A stretch of DNA of 64,000 nucleotides. Origin: Podarcis melisellensis (taxonomy: Eukaryota). The stretch lies in the NCBI GenBank assembly GCA_964234715.1, contig OZ174281.1; one strand, given 5' to 3'. The notes beneath the pieces were generated by a model. It was not told where the DNA came from and ran no database searches. It saw only the letters and a program-made list of their open reading frames with translations. Position numbers and translations under genes: made by a program. Of this stretch, positions 35,379 through 49,143 are shown in pieces (the stretch's first letter is position 1; the number at the start of each line of letters is the position of its first letter).

Positions 35379-38300
35379 TATTTTATATCCATTACACAGG
35401 CCAACATTCATGAATTGGTGTGCAGTGGAAGTTGATACTGCACAGTCTATGGAATTGGGAATTATTTTGCTTTGTACAGTTGGAAAGCCAAAGTAATTAT
35501 TTCGTCTTAATGTTGAATACAGGAACAATTTGGCTTTCAAATTGGTTATCTCTTTAAAATCTTTTTTTCCTAACCCTCCATTATCACTGAGGTATAGTGG
35601 AACATGCATTAATTTGCCTTTTGTGTTTAGTATTACTGTACTTTGAATTAACTTCAGATTTAACTTTAATGATTGATGCATGGATTCCAATGTGGTTTAG
35701 CGGCATAGCATTGGAAAAGAGAAAAGGGAAGAGACAATGATGAAAGAAGGGAATGTGTCAGCTCACCATTTCCCTTAGAAATTAAAGAAATAATTCTTCA
35801 AATAACTAGATTTCTTATTCTGTGAATTTCCACGTTTCGTAAAATTAGCTTTTTCGTCCAGAGTTGTATCCTGGCCTAGTAAGATGAGCTTCATAAACAG
35901 TACATGGTACATGGTTTCTATGGGCATGCTTCACATATCTTCAGCCTTGTGACTTGCCTTTGCAATCTTAATTATGAATAAGCAGTGCTTTGCCTGAGGT
36001 TAGTATGTATTTGATAGTGGGGTAGACAGTCTCTTTGCATTCTTAAAAATGTTGTGAATAGTGATGGGGCTGGTTTAAATCTAGAGTTCCACACCTATCT
36101 CTACTAACAGTACAAATTAAACGTACCAAATTAAGTTAAAATGCTCCAGTAAATAGATACATTATATATTCAGTATATAAGAATGCAGTTAAAACCCACT
36201 GCCTTATTACTGAAGTTTTTGGCAGAAATATCTCCCTGACTTTCGGCTGGCATTTATTTGTTTTTTTGTAATCTGTTTGGTAATGTATATGTACAGTGTG
36301 CGTCTGTGTGTTCATTTTAATTTTTGGTTGAAAATGACCTAGTGTGTTTTCAAGCCTCAGAGATGAAGTTGTAAATTTCATTTTAATAGTGTAGCTGGCA
36401 TTCGCCTTTTTAAAAACTTGTTTTTTTTATGTGTAAAGCTTTATATTTTTCTGCTCCTATAAAAAATTGCCACCTGTCAGCTTGAAACCTAAGGAAAAGC
36501 AAAGCAAATAATTTTTTAATTACAAGTGTCACACAGGACATTCTGACTATAGGGGAGTTGTCACTCAAGAAACATACTGATGATGTTGAAGGTGAAAGGA
36601 CCTTAACCCGAAAAGGGGAGGAGTACGTGTTTAGAAAAAGGCACCCAACTAAAACTGTAAAGACTAAACATTGACATCTTATACTTAAAGATGCCGTACA
36701 GTTCGTAGTAAAAATTAAAAGGCAACCTTAACCAAATTTACTTGGCAAGAGGTTGCTAGTGCAAGATTCAAAAGAGGTGTCTCTTGCAAGTCACAAGCTA
36801 CAGTTTCTAGCCAATTGTTTTATTTGTAGGTATTTTAGGATACCTTATATCTTTCTTTGCTTCTTCTCACTTTTGCAATCTAAACATAATACCTTGACTT
36901 TATGTTCAAGATGGGAAAGATTGCTGAATCAAAAATGGGTCAGATATTACAGAGGGATTAGCTGCTACCAAAACCAGGTTTCAAACAAAAGCCCGGACAA
37001 TTTAGCTAGATTAGAGNNNNNNNNNNNNNNNNNNNNNNNNNNNNNNNNNNNNNNNNNNNNNNNNNNNNNNNNNNNNNNNNNNNNNNNNNNNNNNNNNNNN
37101 NNNNNNNNNNNNNNNNNNNNNNNNNNNNNNNNNNNNNNNNNNNNNNNNNNNNNNNNNNNNNNNNNNNNNNNNNNNNNNNNNNNNNNNNNNNNNNNNNNNN
37201 NNNNNNNNNNNNNNNNNNNNNNNNNNNNNNNNNNNNNNNNNNNNNNNNNNNNNNNNNNNNNNNNNNNNNNNNNNNNNNNNNNNNNNNNNNNNNNNNNNNN
37301 NNNNNNNNNNNNNNNNNNNNNNNNNNNNNNNNNNNNNNNNNNNNNNNNNNNNNNNNNNNNNNNNNNNNNNNNNNNNNNNNNNNNNNNNNNNNNNNNNNNN
37401 NNNNNNNNNNNNNNNNNNNNNNNNNNNNNNNNNNNNNNNNNNNNNNNNNNNNNNNNNNNNGCTCCACTTAGTCAAAGGGCAGGAACTGCACCTGACTGTT
37501 CTCAGAGTAGAGCGTCTACCTCTGTTGCTTCCTTCACTGAGTCGGTTCCTGTCCTTTTTTCTTCCTTAATACATGCCTGCTATATATATATAGGAAATAT
37601 ATATACACACATACATGAAACTGGCGCTCAAGCAAAATGCTTCAAGTAGACATTGATTAAAAATAATTAGATAGAACTGTTAATGGTAGATGCAATTGTC
37701 AATATATTTATTAAAACAGATAATATGCACATATTCTATTTATCTCTGATACACCATGCAGTAAAAAAAGATGTACATTAGTAACACATAATTTCATCGG
37801 GTACTGTTATACCTTGCTACGCAATCTGCAAGCTTTAGTTGACTATGCACTCTCCTATGTTCTCCTGTGGCTGTAGTATAATATATAATAATTCAGTTTT
37901 ATAGAATTGAACAATAAGTTAATCAGATCACTCTTATGAAAACTAAAGCACATGTCAATAAGTTCCAATAAATGAGAACACGTAATGTCAAGGATGCAGA
38001 CGCCTGAAATGCAAATATAGTTCAGATTATGAAATTCACAGAATTAAAAGGCATACTATGTGTGGACAGCAGAAAACAGGTAATTTTTGTGTGTACTTTT
38101 ATCAACAGTGTTGATAAAGGATGCCCTTACAAAAAAATAAAAGTCCTGGCATATTTTTCACTCTGAAAGGTATTTATTTATTAAACTGATAACATTTTGA
38201 AAAGCAATGAATATAATTTTTAGGACAACAGTTTGCTGGAGCGATAACACGTCTTGGATTGTATACAGCTTCGAATGATCATTTGTCCTTGAGACACACT

Positions 38301-41300
38301 AAGCACTATTGTTATGGCATCTGTTAGGTGGAAGTAAAGGTTAAATCTTTTAAGTTGCACAGGACCTTCTTTTTCTTTCTAACTATAGTCTTTCCCACAG
38401 TATTTGTTATATATATATATATGAGGGCAGAAACCACAATAATGCATCCTGGAACTCCCCATTGAATTTTCCTAAAGAATTGTTCCTCTTAGGAAGGAAA
38501 AACACTTATTAATGGACTGTGCTCTAAAGGCAGTCTCTTATGTTGTAAGAACAATAAATACCACCCCTAAGGTTTCAGTCCTAAACCCACTTACCTGAGA
38601 GAAAATCCAAATGAACTAAAATGGGGCTTACTTTTGAGTAGCAAGTAGAGGCTTGCGCTGTAAGAGAACAGTGTTGCATATTCATTTGGTACATAGACAT
38701 TTTTATTATTTTATGTATGCCAACTGTGTAATATATAGGTATATAATTATGTTTGAGAGTATCCCTGGGCATTTTTCTGATGTGCCAATTGAAGTAATAA
38801 AGTTCTAGTGCTAAGAAAACCAATATTTATAAAGAAGATGCACATAATCTTTGTACAGACTTATGAAATTCAGTTTGCTGCAATTTGTCAGCGCAAAGAC
38901 AAAATCTGGGGCTGCCTATTGGTTCCTATAAACACAAGACTAGAGATATTAATAATTTCTCACAACAGACTTTTTCAGCATAAAGGCAATTCTGCTACCA
39001 CTTGAAAGTCTGATTTGGAGTGACATTTTACATCAATATATTTTACAAATTTTGGAGGAGGGGCAGGGTAAACGTGGAATGAATGAATGAATGATTGAAT
39101 CAATCAATGTGATGTACAGTATAGAAAATGGTGTATATATTAAATAGATCCTATTGGGTGTATATCTGCTTTTTTAATTGAATATGCATTGTCAGTATTT
39201 CATATTTAAAAATCAAACCCATTTGAAAAGTAGAATTGAATCAGGGCTACTTTGAAGAATATAGGCAGCTTTACATAATTAACGCCAACTTACTTATCTT
39301 TCTGATCTCAGTCCTGGGGTTAAGGTGGCATTTGCCAGTAGAGCATCTCCTTGGGCCTTATGCTCAGTGAGGGGACACAGTAGCTGAACTGAGCATTCAT
39401 CCCAAAGTGATTTGCATGTAGTTTAGTCTGAGTTCCATTTAACTAATACAGAGTGTTAACGCAGAATCATTAGAATAAACAGGAAATTCGCTATTGAAGT
39501 GAATGACTAAGATCATATTGGCTTTAGTGCGTTTGGATACTACACCACTGATTTTATCATTTTGAATAGCACAATCACAAGACAGCAACAAAATCTGGTA
39601 TATTTCCCTTGCTTTCTGTGACTGGTCTGTTAGCCAGTAACCTTTTAGACATGTTTTAAAAAGTCTAATCTTTTCGTCATCTGCACATGCTGTTCTTTAG
39701 TTATATACTTGCAATACAAGTATTGTATTGGGCAGTTTTTTGGGGAGCCATTTTCTCTGCTTGCATATATGGGGAATTCATGTATGAAAACGGCTTATAT
39801 TTTCATTGGGGTTAGGATAGGAAAACAAAAGTTTGGGATGTGATTAGATTTATAGCATAATCCTTTGCATGTTTAGTGGGGCTTTCTCCCATGTAAGTGT
39901 GCATAGGATTGCAGCGCTTTTTACTTCTTTTCTGTTTCTCTTTGAATTGTGAATCGCTATATCATTGATGTTGGAGCAGCATTTCTCTGTTGTGATTGCA
40001 GTGCATATTTCAGGAAGAAAAGCCCTGTGAACTTAAAATTCACAGTATCATTGTATTAAATTTCATCTGTACAATGTGTCCATTTGAAATAACTTTTTGC
40101 TCTTGGTGATCTGTGCAATTCTTTTGTTTCAAGGAGGATTGCGCTTTTGTCTTAATGATTACGTTGCTATCTAGTAATGCCAAGGATGGGTGCTATTTTA
40201 AGTTGCTTATCATCTAATTACATATTAAAAGCACAAATTGTGTATGATGCTAGGGGGCACAATGTGGTAAGATGCACAGAATCACATTACACAGTTGTGT
40301 TGGTTTCCTTATGGCCTAGGACATAGCATCATGAAGAGTCCAGTAATACCTACTGTTTATTCCACTAGATTTCTGATCAAAGCCTTGTCTTAGAGAATAA
40401 TATTTCCATTGTAAGATATATTGCATGAAACCCTTGAAGATAAAAGGAAATACTTTTAAAATCAGGTATAAAATTGACCTATCATAGCCAGATAAATAAT
40501 AAAAAGTATGAATTTTTGAGGCATTTGAATGTGGATACAGATACATAACTTCGTAAGGATAAAAATTAAAAAGGTGAGCAAGAAGGGAATTAATTGTATT
40601 TGCAACAATGGTTAATATGCATTACTGGCAAACTATCAACATATCTAATTGATATTATTGCTGCAAGTAAACTTTGAAATATAGGTATTTTTTAAAACTA
40701 GCAGTTATTACATAGTATTCAAAATGTGTTCTAAAAGTACTAATCCAGTAAGCCACCGCTGTAATGTTGTCTGGTGTGAGGTTATTATGCTTCAGTTCCC
40801 AATTACGTAGAACAGGGATGGGGGACCCGTGGCCCTACAAATATTGTTAAACTCCAATTCCCATCAGTCTCAGTTATAGTCCAGAAACATATGGAAAGCC
40901 ACTTGCTCCCCTTTTCTGATAACAGAACAAACTGTAAAAAACCACAACTGTTCCAACTTCCAACTGTATCTTCCTTTAACATGATATAACTGTTTCCCAA
41001 GAAACAGGGAAGTTCTTAATCAGTAATAATCAATAGCTTAGGTGAAGCACTGAATTCCAAGAATTAATATTTTTAAAAAAAATATTAAGCCAAGGCACAC
41101 CTACAGAATACCTAGTGATATTTTACAAATATAACGTTGTATACTAATATTATAAATGTTGAAGTTTTAAAATTTCTCCTGCCTCCACAGGTGATCAAAC
41201 TGAAAATAGAAAAAACCACATACCCATGATGTTAATGATACATGGGAGACGATGTTATCCTTGCGAAGTTGAGCGTTTTAAAAAGAAAAAGCAGGAAGGT

Positions 41301-41697
41301 TTGAACACAATTAATACAAGTAGTGTTAATTGGATTTTAAACTATCTGGCCTTGCTGTAGGGTTAGGGTAGTACCTCCCGCAGGAACAAGGTAGTAACAT
41401 TTTTAGCAGGTGTGTGCATGTGTAAAATGGTGGTGAAAATCAATAAGGAAATACAAGTATTGTCAGGTATTTTTTATGGATTTTCATGGAAGAGCTCATG
41501 TCCTGTATGCTTTTAGTAGTATTGAACAATGATGTTCTGTAAGGAACATGGCTGGACTTCATTACTGTTAAGTATGTATATTTTATAATGGCCCTGTTAT
41601 TATTATAAAGGGTAGATTGCTCTGTGGTCCAGGTTCCTGACACTGGGTGTCATCTAATGCCCACTTGTGCACTGGAAATCTGCTTGTGCAGCAGGAT

Positions 41698-42046
41698 CAG
41701 ACCCTCCAAGTGTCCCTATTTTCCAACAATGTTCCTGATTTATAGACGTTGCCCCCAGTTTCTGATCTGATCCCGGAATGTCCCACTTTTCCTTAGGATG
41801 TCCCCATTTTCCTTGGAGAAATGTTGGAGGGTATGGAGATATGCAACCCCCAAGCCATCTGAAGGCAATCCTGTGTAGGGAAGTTAAAAAATAAATAAAA
41901 ATGTTTTATTATGTTTTTTATATTGGTGGGGAACTGCCCAGAGTGGTTTGGGCAACCCAGTAACATTTGTGGGGTATACATAGTAAAATTATCATTATGG
42001 AATGGGACGTCACTATTTTCATTGGATAAATGTTGGAGGGTATGCA
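41698..42046. mobile_element. Degraded non-autonomous DNA transposon
   Basis: accctccaa at 41701 is inverted relative to atgttggagggtatg at about 41821 and about 42030; internal tgtccc repeats. Confidence 0.45.
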
Positions 42047-45000
42047 GGACCCCCTAGAGCAGATTTTGGAGGTGAGAAGGGGCTGCAAGTGAGAGGGGAG
42101 AAAGGAGAAATAATGTTGTATGAGCAGATGTCCCCTCACCTTACACTGGATCTCACCCGTTGTCATGTAGTTATTTGTTTTTCTCATATTGTTGGATTGA
42201 ACCAAATGCATTCCTTGGCTCATTTGAGATATCTCACCAAACCGTAGTAAAGAATTCACAAACTGTTTTGCTTTTTCCATCTTCCTCCAGAGACTACTGT
42301 ACGAAGGGACACTGCAGTTCAGAGAGGCTAGAGGAAGAAATCAGAATAGAACCCCTCAACCATAATTTGCACAATTGTGTTAAAGCACAAACATTGGTTT
42401 GAGTTTTAAACTATTGCTAACACAAGGGCTTGTTTAACATAATGTCTGAATGGAGCCATTGACTTTGATTGTTAAATAAAAGAATAGATGTGGAAGGAAA
42501 GTGCTGCAAATTAGGCAGGAGAAGTTAACTCAGGTTAAACATTTCATCTTTCTTTGGCTTTCGTCTCCTCCTTTTCCCTGAACATTTGCACCTGGTGAAT
42601 ATTATAGTGCAAGAGGATCTGAACCAGGAACATTGGCCTTCAGAATATACAGAATACCTTTCTTCTGCACAAAAACTCATTATGAAATTCCAGTCTTTGA
42701 AAAGTAAAAGTGGACATCAATTATTTTGGCAAGTTGTAAAAGTCTTGAGGCAAAAGCAGCTAAAGCAAGAAGTCCAAGAGTTATTAAGCCAGGAACAGGA
42801 AATATACTAACCAATTGACAAACAGGGCCTATAACTTTTATATTTCAAGTACTGTACTCTTCTCACATTGCAAGTATTTATATGAAACGTCTCTAGCCAA
42901 ATCCTGGGCCGGAAGGTACCGTTGACGCACCTCTCTCATATTGGAAAGAGACAGGATAAAAATAAACAAACATAAGTGAAATAAATTATTACACTGTGTG
43001 CAGGATCACATCCTTATGCTATTGGTGCTTAAATGAGGTTATGAGTGTCACAAGTTTTGTGTCTGAGGCGTCAATTCTGTTTCTTAAAAATATTCCAACT
43101 GCCTTTCCTCCCCAAATCTCTGGTTTTGTAGCTGGAGGCCCTGATGCTCTCTGTGTTGCTGTCACTGTATATGCTGTGAAGGCAGTAAAAATGAGCACTA
43201 ATCAATCTTTCAGAGCCAAGCAATGAGCATTAGGAGGCCACTATCCTGTGACTAAACACACCCCTTTTATGGAGTGTTGGTGCTAATAAAGGACAGCTTA
43301 TTACTGAGGCAGAGACCAAAGCTTGGGTGAGGTCNNNNNNNNNNNNNNNNNNNNNNNNNNNNNNNNNNNNNNNNNNNNNNNNNNNNNNNNNNNNNNNNNN
43401 NNNNNNNNNNNNNNNNNNNNNNNNNNNNNNNNNNNNNNNNNNNNNNNNNNNNNNNNNNNNNNNNNNGTCTTTGGTTTAAACTTGTACTTAAAAAGTGGGG
43501 GAATGGTTTTTTTCAAGTAGGCAAACAAACAAACAAGCAAGCAAGCAAGCAAACACAAAATACCCAATAGATTCCCCCCCCTCCCATGTTGTGTTTTCTT
43601 TCACTGTTAAAAGATGTTTTACACACTGGAGTGCTTGTGCATTATAAAGAACTACATAAATTTATTTTTTATGACGTCTGTCTTCTTTAATTATTACCTT
43701 TGATGTCTATTGGTGACTAAAGAGAGCTTAACAGGATTTCTCTCCCTTCTTAAATTTCGCAAAGTGAAANNNNNNNNNNNNNNNNNNNNNNNNNNNNNNN
43801 NNNNNNNNNNNNNNNNNNNNNNNNNNNNNNNNNNNNNNNNNNNNNNNNNNNNNNNNNNNNNNNNNNNNNNNNNNNNNNNNNNNNNNNNNNNNNNNNNNNN
43901 NNNNNNNNNATAAACATTCTGCACTCACTCTGAATTTTTTATGGTTTGGGAAATATATTTTGGTAAGAAGGTAGAAAAGTTTCAACCATTAGCTTGTGTG
44001 CATTTTTAGAAATGCAATATTTTGTTTTGTTCCTCGTACTCCTTCCTAATTTGATTTCAAGCATTCAAAGATAATAACTGTGCTTCAGATAGAACATGTC
44101 ACTAGGACTTTTGGTTTTTTATGCACCTTTAAAAATACGACAATTGTACTGCGTTTCTATTTTTGTGTTTATTTAATTAATTTAAATCTAATCACCCATT
44201 GTAGTATATCTTGGTTTGAAGGCTGTGAAGGCAGTGTGAATTTAGACAACAGCTGTCTCCCCCCTTTCCCCTTTTTATTAAAGTAAGCTTACTTTTTCTG
44301 AGATTTTAACTTCTGATACAAGTGTTAGTTTATTTTTACTTCTTAAAGCTGAGGTAAGCTGAAATCAACACCTTCTGGTTTCTTCTGTCAGTTCTGTATC
44401 ACCACATATGGGGAAAACATGGTGTGTTGTGCATAAAATACAAAAGTTGTACTGATTTTTGTCTCATGCGCACTCTTAAAGGTTTGACTTGCAACATTCA
44501 GTGTTTCATGGATGATGGAGGTTTAGAAAACTTCTTTTCAGTGTTTAGTGTGGTAAAATAAGCAGTCTATTGCACAAGCTTATGAAATTGTAAACCACTT
44601 TGTGAGTGAAATGTGCTCTGAAAGGTGGGTAGAAATGCATTAAATAAATGAAAGTACAGCACCTGGCATGTTGGTACTGATACATACAGCTTATTATGAA
44701 TAAACAAAAATTGTTTGATAAAACATAATAAAAAACTAAGAATTCTGTTTGAGCTCAGATGCTTTAAAATGCACAAGTAGAAATATTTTCCTTTTATATT
44801 CTGTGTGCAATGGCTCCTTCTTGGTATGTAATCCCATTCATTTTTAAACCCATAAAATAAAAACCTTTTTTTATTTTGTCCCATAGTTGCCCAGCGAGTG
44901 AGATGCTTTTGGTAATTCTACTAGTAAACGGATTTCTGGTGTTGGTTGGAAAATATGTGCAGCTTTCATAAACAATAGAAAATACAATCAAATAGTGCTG

Positions 45001-46189
45001 TACCTATGATAAGAAGTGGTCCTTGTTGAAGCTTTATTCAAGAAAGCACTTAAAGATGAGGGTGTTTATGTATTTAAATTTAAGAATATGCCTTAAGTGC
45101 TTTCCTGAATTTGGGCCAATGTGCCTGATGCTTCCTCCTGTTTGAGACCAGATGTCATAAGAAAAAAATCAGGCCTCATCATGGCCCTGATTCTTTTGCT
45201 TATTGCATACAGTCCTCACTTGTTAAGTGTTTCTGTCTTTACATATGCAGGTTAGTAGAACAGCTTACGTTAGGAATGATGGGCCAGAAAACAAAGCAAA
45301 ATGCCCCTTTAATAAGAGCCTGGACATTTGCGTTGCACTTATTCTCTTTGCTCAGGGTACTGCCTTCTGTTCCTATACCATAGTAGGAAGAGGTTGCAGT
45401 TGACACGTCCTGTAATTCCACAACCCTTTAGTTGACACTTAGATATGAGCTTGCAGCTGCCTAGGTCGTAGGAGCCCATTCCTAGGGGCCAAGGTCCCTT
45501 CAGCCCCCCCCTAAAATATTTGAGGAGGCCGGTGGCCTTCAACGTTGATGGGCATTGCCTTCAAATGGTGTGCATGTGCCGGATCTTGTGATTGATTATA
45601 CCGGGCACACCTTGCCTGCTTCCCCTATTTTATTCAAGTTGGTGCCCATGGCCTAGATACACCCCCCTCACACACCAACTACTTGGTGGCCAATTAACCA
45701 TGGATTAAAATCTTTTGGTTATAATCCAAAAATTCTCTGGGATTGATGCACACAATAGAGGATTTTTTCATTTTGTTGAATCGTACTGGCACACTCAGTG
45801 CTGAGGTTTTGGAGTGGGAGTCTCTGATTCATGTAAAGAATCTGGGTATGTGCTTGAAACTTTTGGGTTTGGATGAATGTGTGAACAACCTCAAATGATT
45901 CAAGGCCTGAGAGTGGTCCTCCTATAAGGTTTGCAGAGTCCATGGTACATGAGGGCCCACAGGCCCACCCAAATATATATCTTAAAGATATAAAGTATTT
46001 AATATATATTTATCTTAATACGTCATATGCAACAGCTATACATTTTATATCCATATATATTATCTATATATCATATGCAACAATTTTGCTGTTATATGTA
46101 GCCCTCTATTAATTTTTTCTATGGCAAATAGTTCAGGTTTAATTAAAAATTTCTTCTCATAAAAATGTTTCACCATCGATAAGAAGATA

Positions 46190-46431
46190 CAGTGGTTCCT
46201 CGGGTTAAGAACTTAATTCGTTCTGGAGGTCTGTTCTTAACCTGAAACTGTTCTTAACCTGAAGCACCACTTTAGCTAATGGAGCCTCCTGCTGCCACTG
46301 CGCCGCTGCTGCACGATTTCTGTTCTCATCCTGAAGCAAAGTTCTTAAACCGAGGTACTATTTCCGGGTTAGCGGAGTCTGTAACCTGAAGCGTATGTAA
46401 CCTGAATCCTATGTAACCTGAGGTACCACTG
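46190..46431 (-). mobile_element. pogo/Tigger-like MITE, copy 2
   Basis: TA-CAGTGGTTCCTCGG ... CTGAGGTACCACTG-TA; body is the reverse complement of 10568-10796. Confidence 0.88.
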
Positions 46432-49078
46432 TATGTAATTGGATACTGGTGCATATTCAAACTAAATTGGGATGGGTTCACCCAAATATATTTCAGACAA
46501 GGGCTCACATCAAAGAGTGGCTGCCACTGAGCCCCCAGATCCAGGTAGATCATAAGGGCAACTAGAGAGGCATTATTGGTTGTTGCCCTCAATCTCTGGA
46601 ACTCCTTTCGAAAGCTGAAGTTAACCTATTTCAGCAGTATTGAAATACCTATTTGGCTTTGGTTTTCTGGGCACAATTAAGCTTTTTATAAGGGATGAGG
46701 TTTTAGTACATATTTTATTTGCTGCCTGGTTATTATTTGAATACTATATAATGGTCCATCAATTTAATGGGTAGGGTAGGTTACGTTTTGTACCTTCTGG
46801 CTCACTTGGCCTATGGTATTGCTTTTTTACTTTTGGCTCTCGGCTGTGTTTAAGGTGCTTTGAAGCCATGCTAACAGGGAAGGTTACCTCTGGGGAAGTT
46901 GAAGTGGTTCTACAAGTTGCATGGAGCACCTCACTTTCCCCCTCCTTGCTTATCTTCACTGTCCTTTCCGCTCCTTGCCCACCTGCCAACTTTTTGACCA
47001 ACCTCTGCACCCTTAATCTCCTTGGTATGCAGGCAATAGAAGGTGATCATGCCTATTTCCTAGCTGTTAAAATTGCTGTTAAAAGCCACAAGAACAGGCC
47101 AGGGTATTTTTTTTTTTCTGGTCTGTTCTGTTAGCAACCCAGCCCTAGGGAGGCACTAGAGAACGAAAGGCAGTTCTGTGCACTTTGGGGTGAAGATGGA
47201 GAACTGGTTTTAATTCTGTGGCTTCCTTTTATTTTTTTACACAGTGGCCCAGGAATAAAATGGGACACAGGTCCCAATGATATAGAAATTAACACAGTAT
47301 TATAAGGGCTTTATGTTCCAGTTACAAAACCCTATGTGTTGCATGACAAAGGACTTTCAAATAATTTGTAGCTGGACTATGAACTCTCCCAGAAAAATAA
47401 AAGAATACTGCTGATTTGTACACAAAGGTTATTTCATTTAAATGCATGGAAAACTGGAAATTGCTAGTTGCTTAGCGTTAAGGCTATGCTAAAACAAAAT
47501 GTCTGGGTAATAAAACCAGTTAATGTCGTTTACAACTGTCCAGATGAAAAGCTCTGCACAAATCTACTGTTGGCCCTCAATATGGAGTGATTTTTTAACC
47601 AATGTGAGTGAAAGGTCATACATACTTCACTTCAGCTTAAATTGAATTTACATGATACAGATGCATAAGAGCATGTATGAGAATACACCACGGGTGAGAT
47701 TTCCCTGTGTCCAAGCACGTGAACGACTTCTACCTCACATGCCATCTGTAGCCAGATCTTTATTGATATGGGCATCTTGTGCTAGGCCTGTGGGCAGCGA
47801 GGAGAAATTTAGCACCTTAAGAGTGGTGAGTTTGTTATATTAACCTGCTTGCCACGGACAGACAACACACAGCAGTTTCCTTCCTAGGTGAAGTGTGAGC
47901 CTTTCAGAGATACTCATTGTGGCCATTTTAGATTCAGCTTCCCTGCCCCCTATGCACGGTTGATTTTCAGGTTTTTCTTCCCTTTTGGAGCCCAGATCCT
48001 TTATTTTGTCTTTACAGCCTGGCTGAATAGAAATCATTTATTTTATGCAGCTTTGTGCTTTTTTCCTCTACAGCTAGTATCTGCATGAATGTGTCGTATC
48101 CCGATGCGAGTTCATTCGATTAAATAAAATGCTTAAATTGTAATCCGTGCAAAACGATCATATTTGAAACACTTGATGTCTCGGTGAGAATCCATAATAG
48201 TGATCAGATTTAAATGATTTAACACAGTAGTTGTAGGGAGGGAAATACAGTTTCAAGACATCCGTGTATTTATATATAAAAAAGATTAAAACTAAAGTCA
48301 GATATGCTTCTCCCTCTCCCTCTCTCCTTTTTTTAAGCAGTCAAAAGATATACTGTATCCTCTGTGAAAGGGCGCTTTCAATCCAGTTATCCACTTTACC
48401 CAGTTTCAGATTCCAGAACCTTCTACACACCCTCATTGGTTAAACCACTAAGCCTTTGATTCCTTCCTGATTACACTATGCAAGACATCTATCAAACACT
48501 GTCTTATCTGTTTGTAAGGCAGCTCAGGCCTCAGATTTAAGTCATGGGTTTTGGCTACAAGTTAGAGTGTGATTAATAATTGACTAATGTAGCTTTTATT
48601 TATCACAGGCTAGCACATTTCACCATTACCGAGTTAACATAAATTAAGTGTAAGCTGTCGTTCAATCTGTTTTTCAACTCCCCACCCCCCCACCCCGCTT
48701 CAAATCCTAAGTCTATCTTTCACTTTTTTAGAAACAAAATCCTTACACAGGGCACAGTCTTAGTCAGTGCCAAAAAGTTGATTTCCTTTTCAGTGGAGTC
48801 ATATATCACTAGCCCTCCCAGCTGCAGTGTCAGCCTCTGACAGAATGACATGTGTCATTTATCAAAGGGGCCAGTCCGGGCCTTGGGAAACGTACATGAC
48901 AAAGCCTGAGAGAGTTCATTTCGTAGTCCCCTCCTACCCTCTCTGAGCCTCTTGCCAGGAAAGCCTGTGATGTTTCTGTCTTCACAGCATTACTGTAAGT
49001 CCTTCAACCTTCACAAAATTAACCCTCACAACCTCCACCATCATCACTAATATGGATTCTTCCTTGGAGAGTTCGGAA

Positions 49079-49079
<1 letters not shown>

Positions 49080-49143
<64 letters not shown>
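49080..49143. repeat. (CTTT)n microsatellite
   Basis: Direct reading. Confidence 0.96.

Noticed and set aside
36753-37649. 298-aa ORF and other X-containing ORFs
   Set aside because: Artefacts of translating through N-runs.
46500-46680. Possible L2-type LINE 3' remnant
   Set aside because: Similarity too degraded to delimit or assign without a repeat search.
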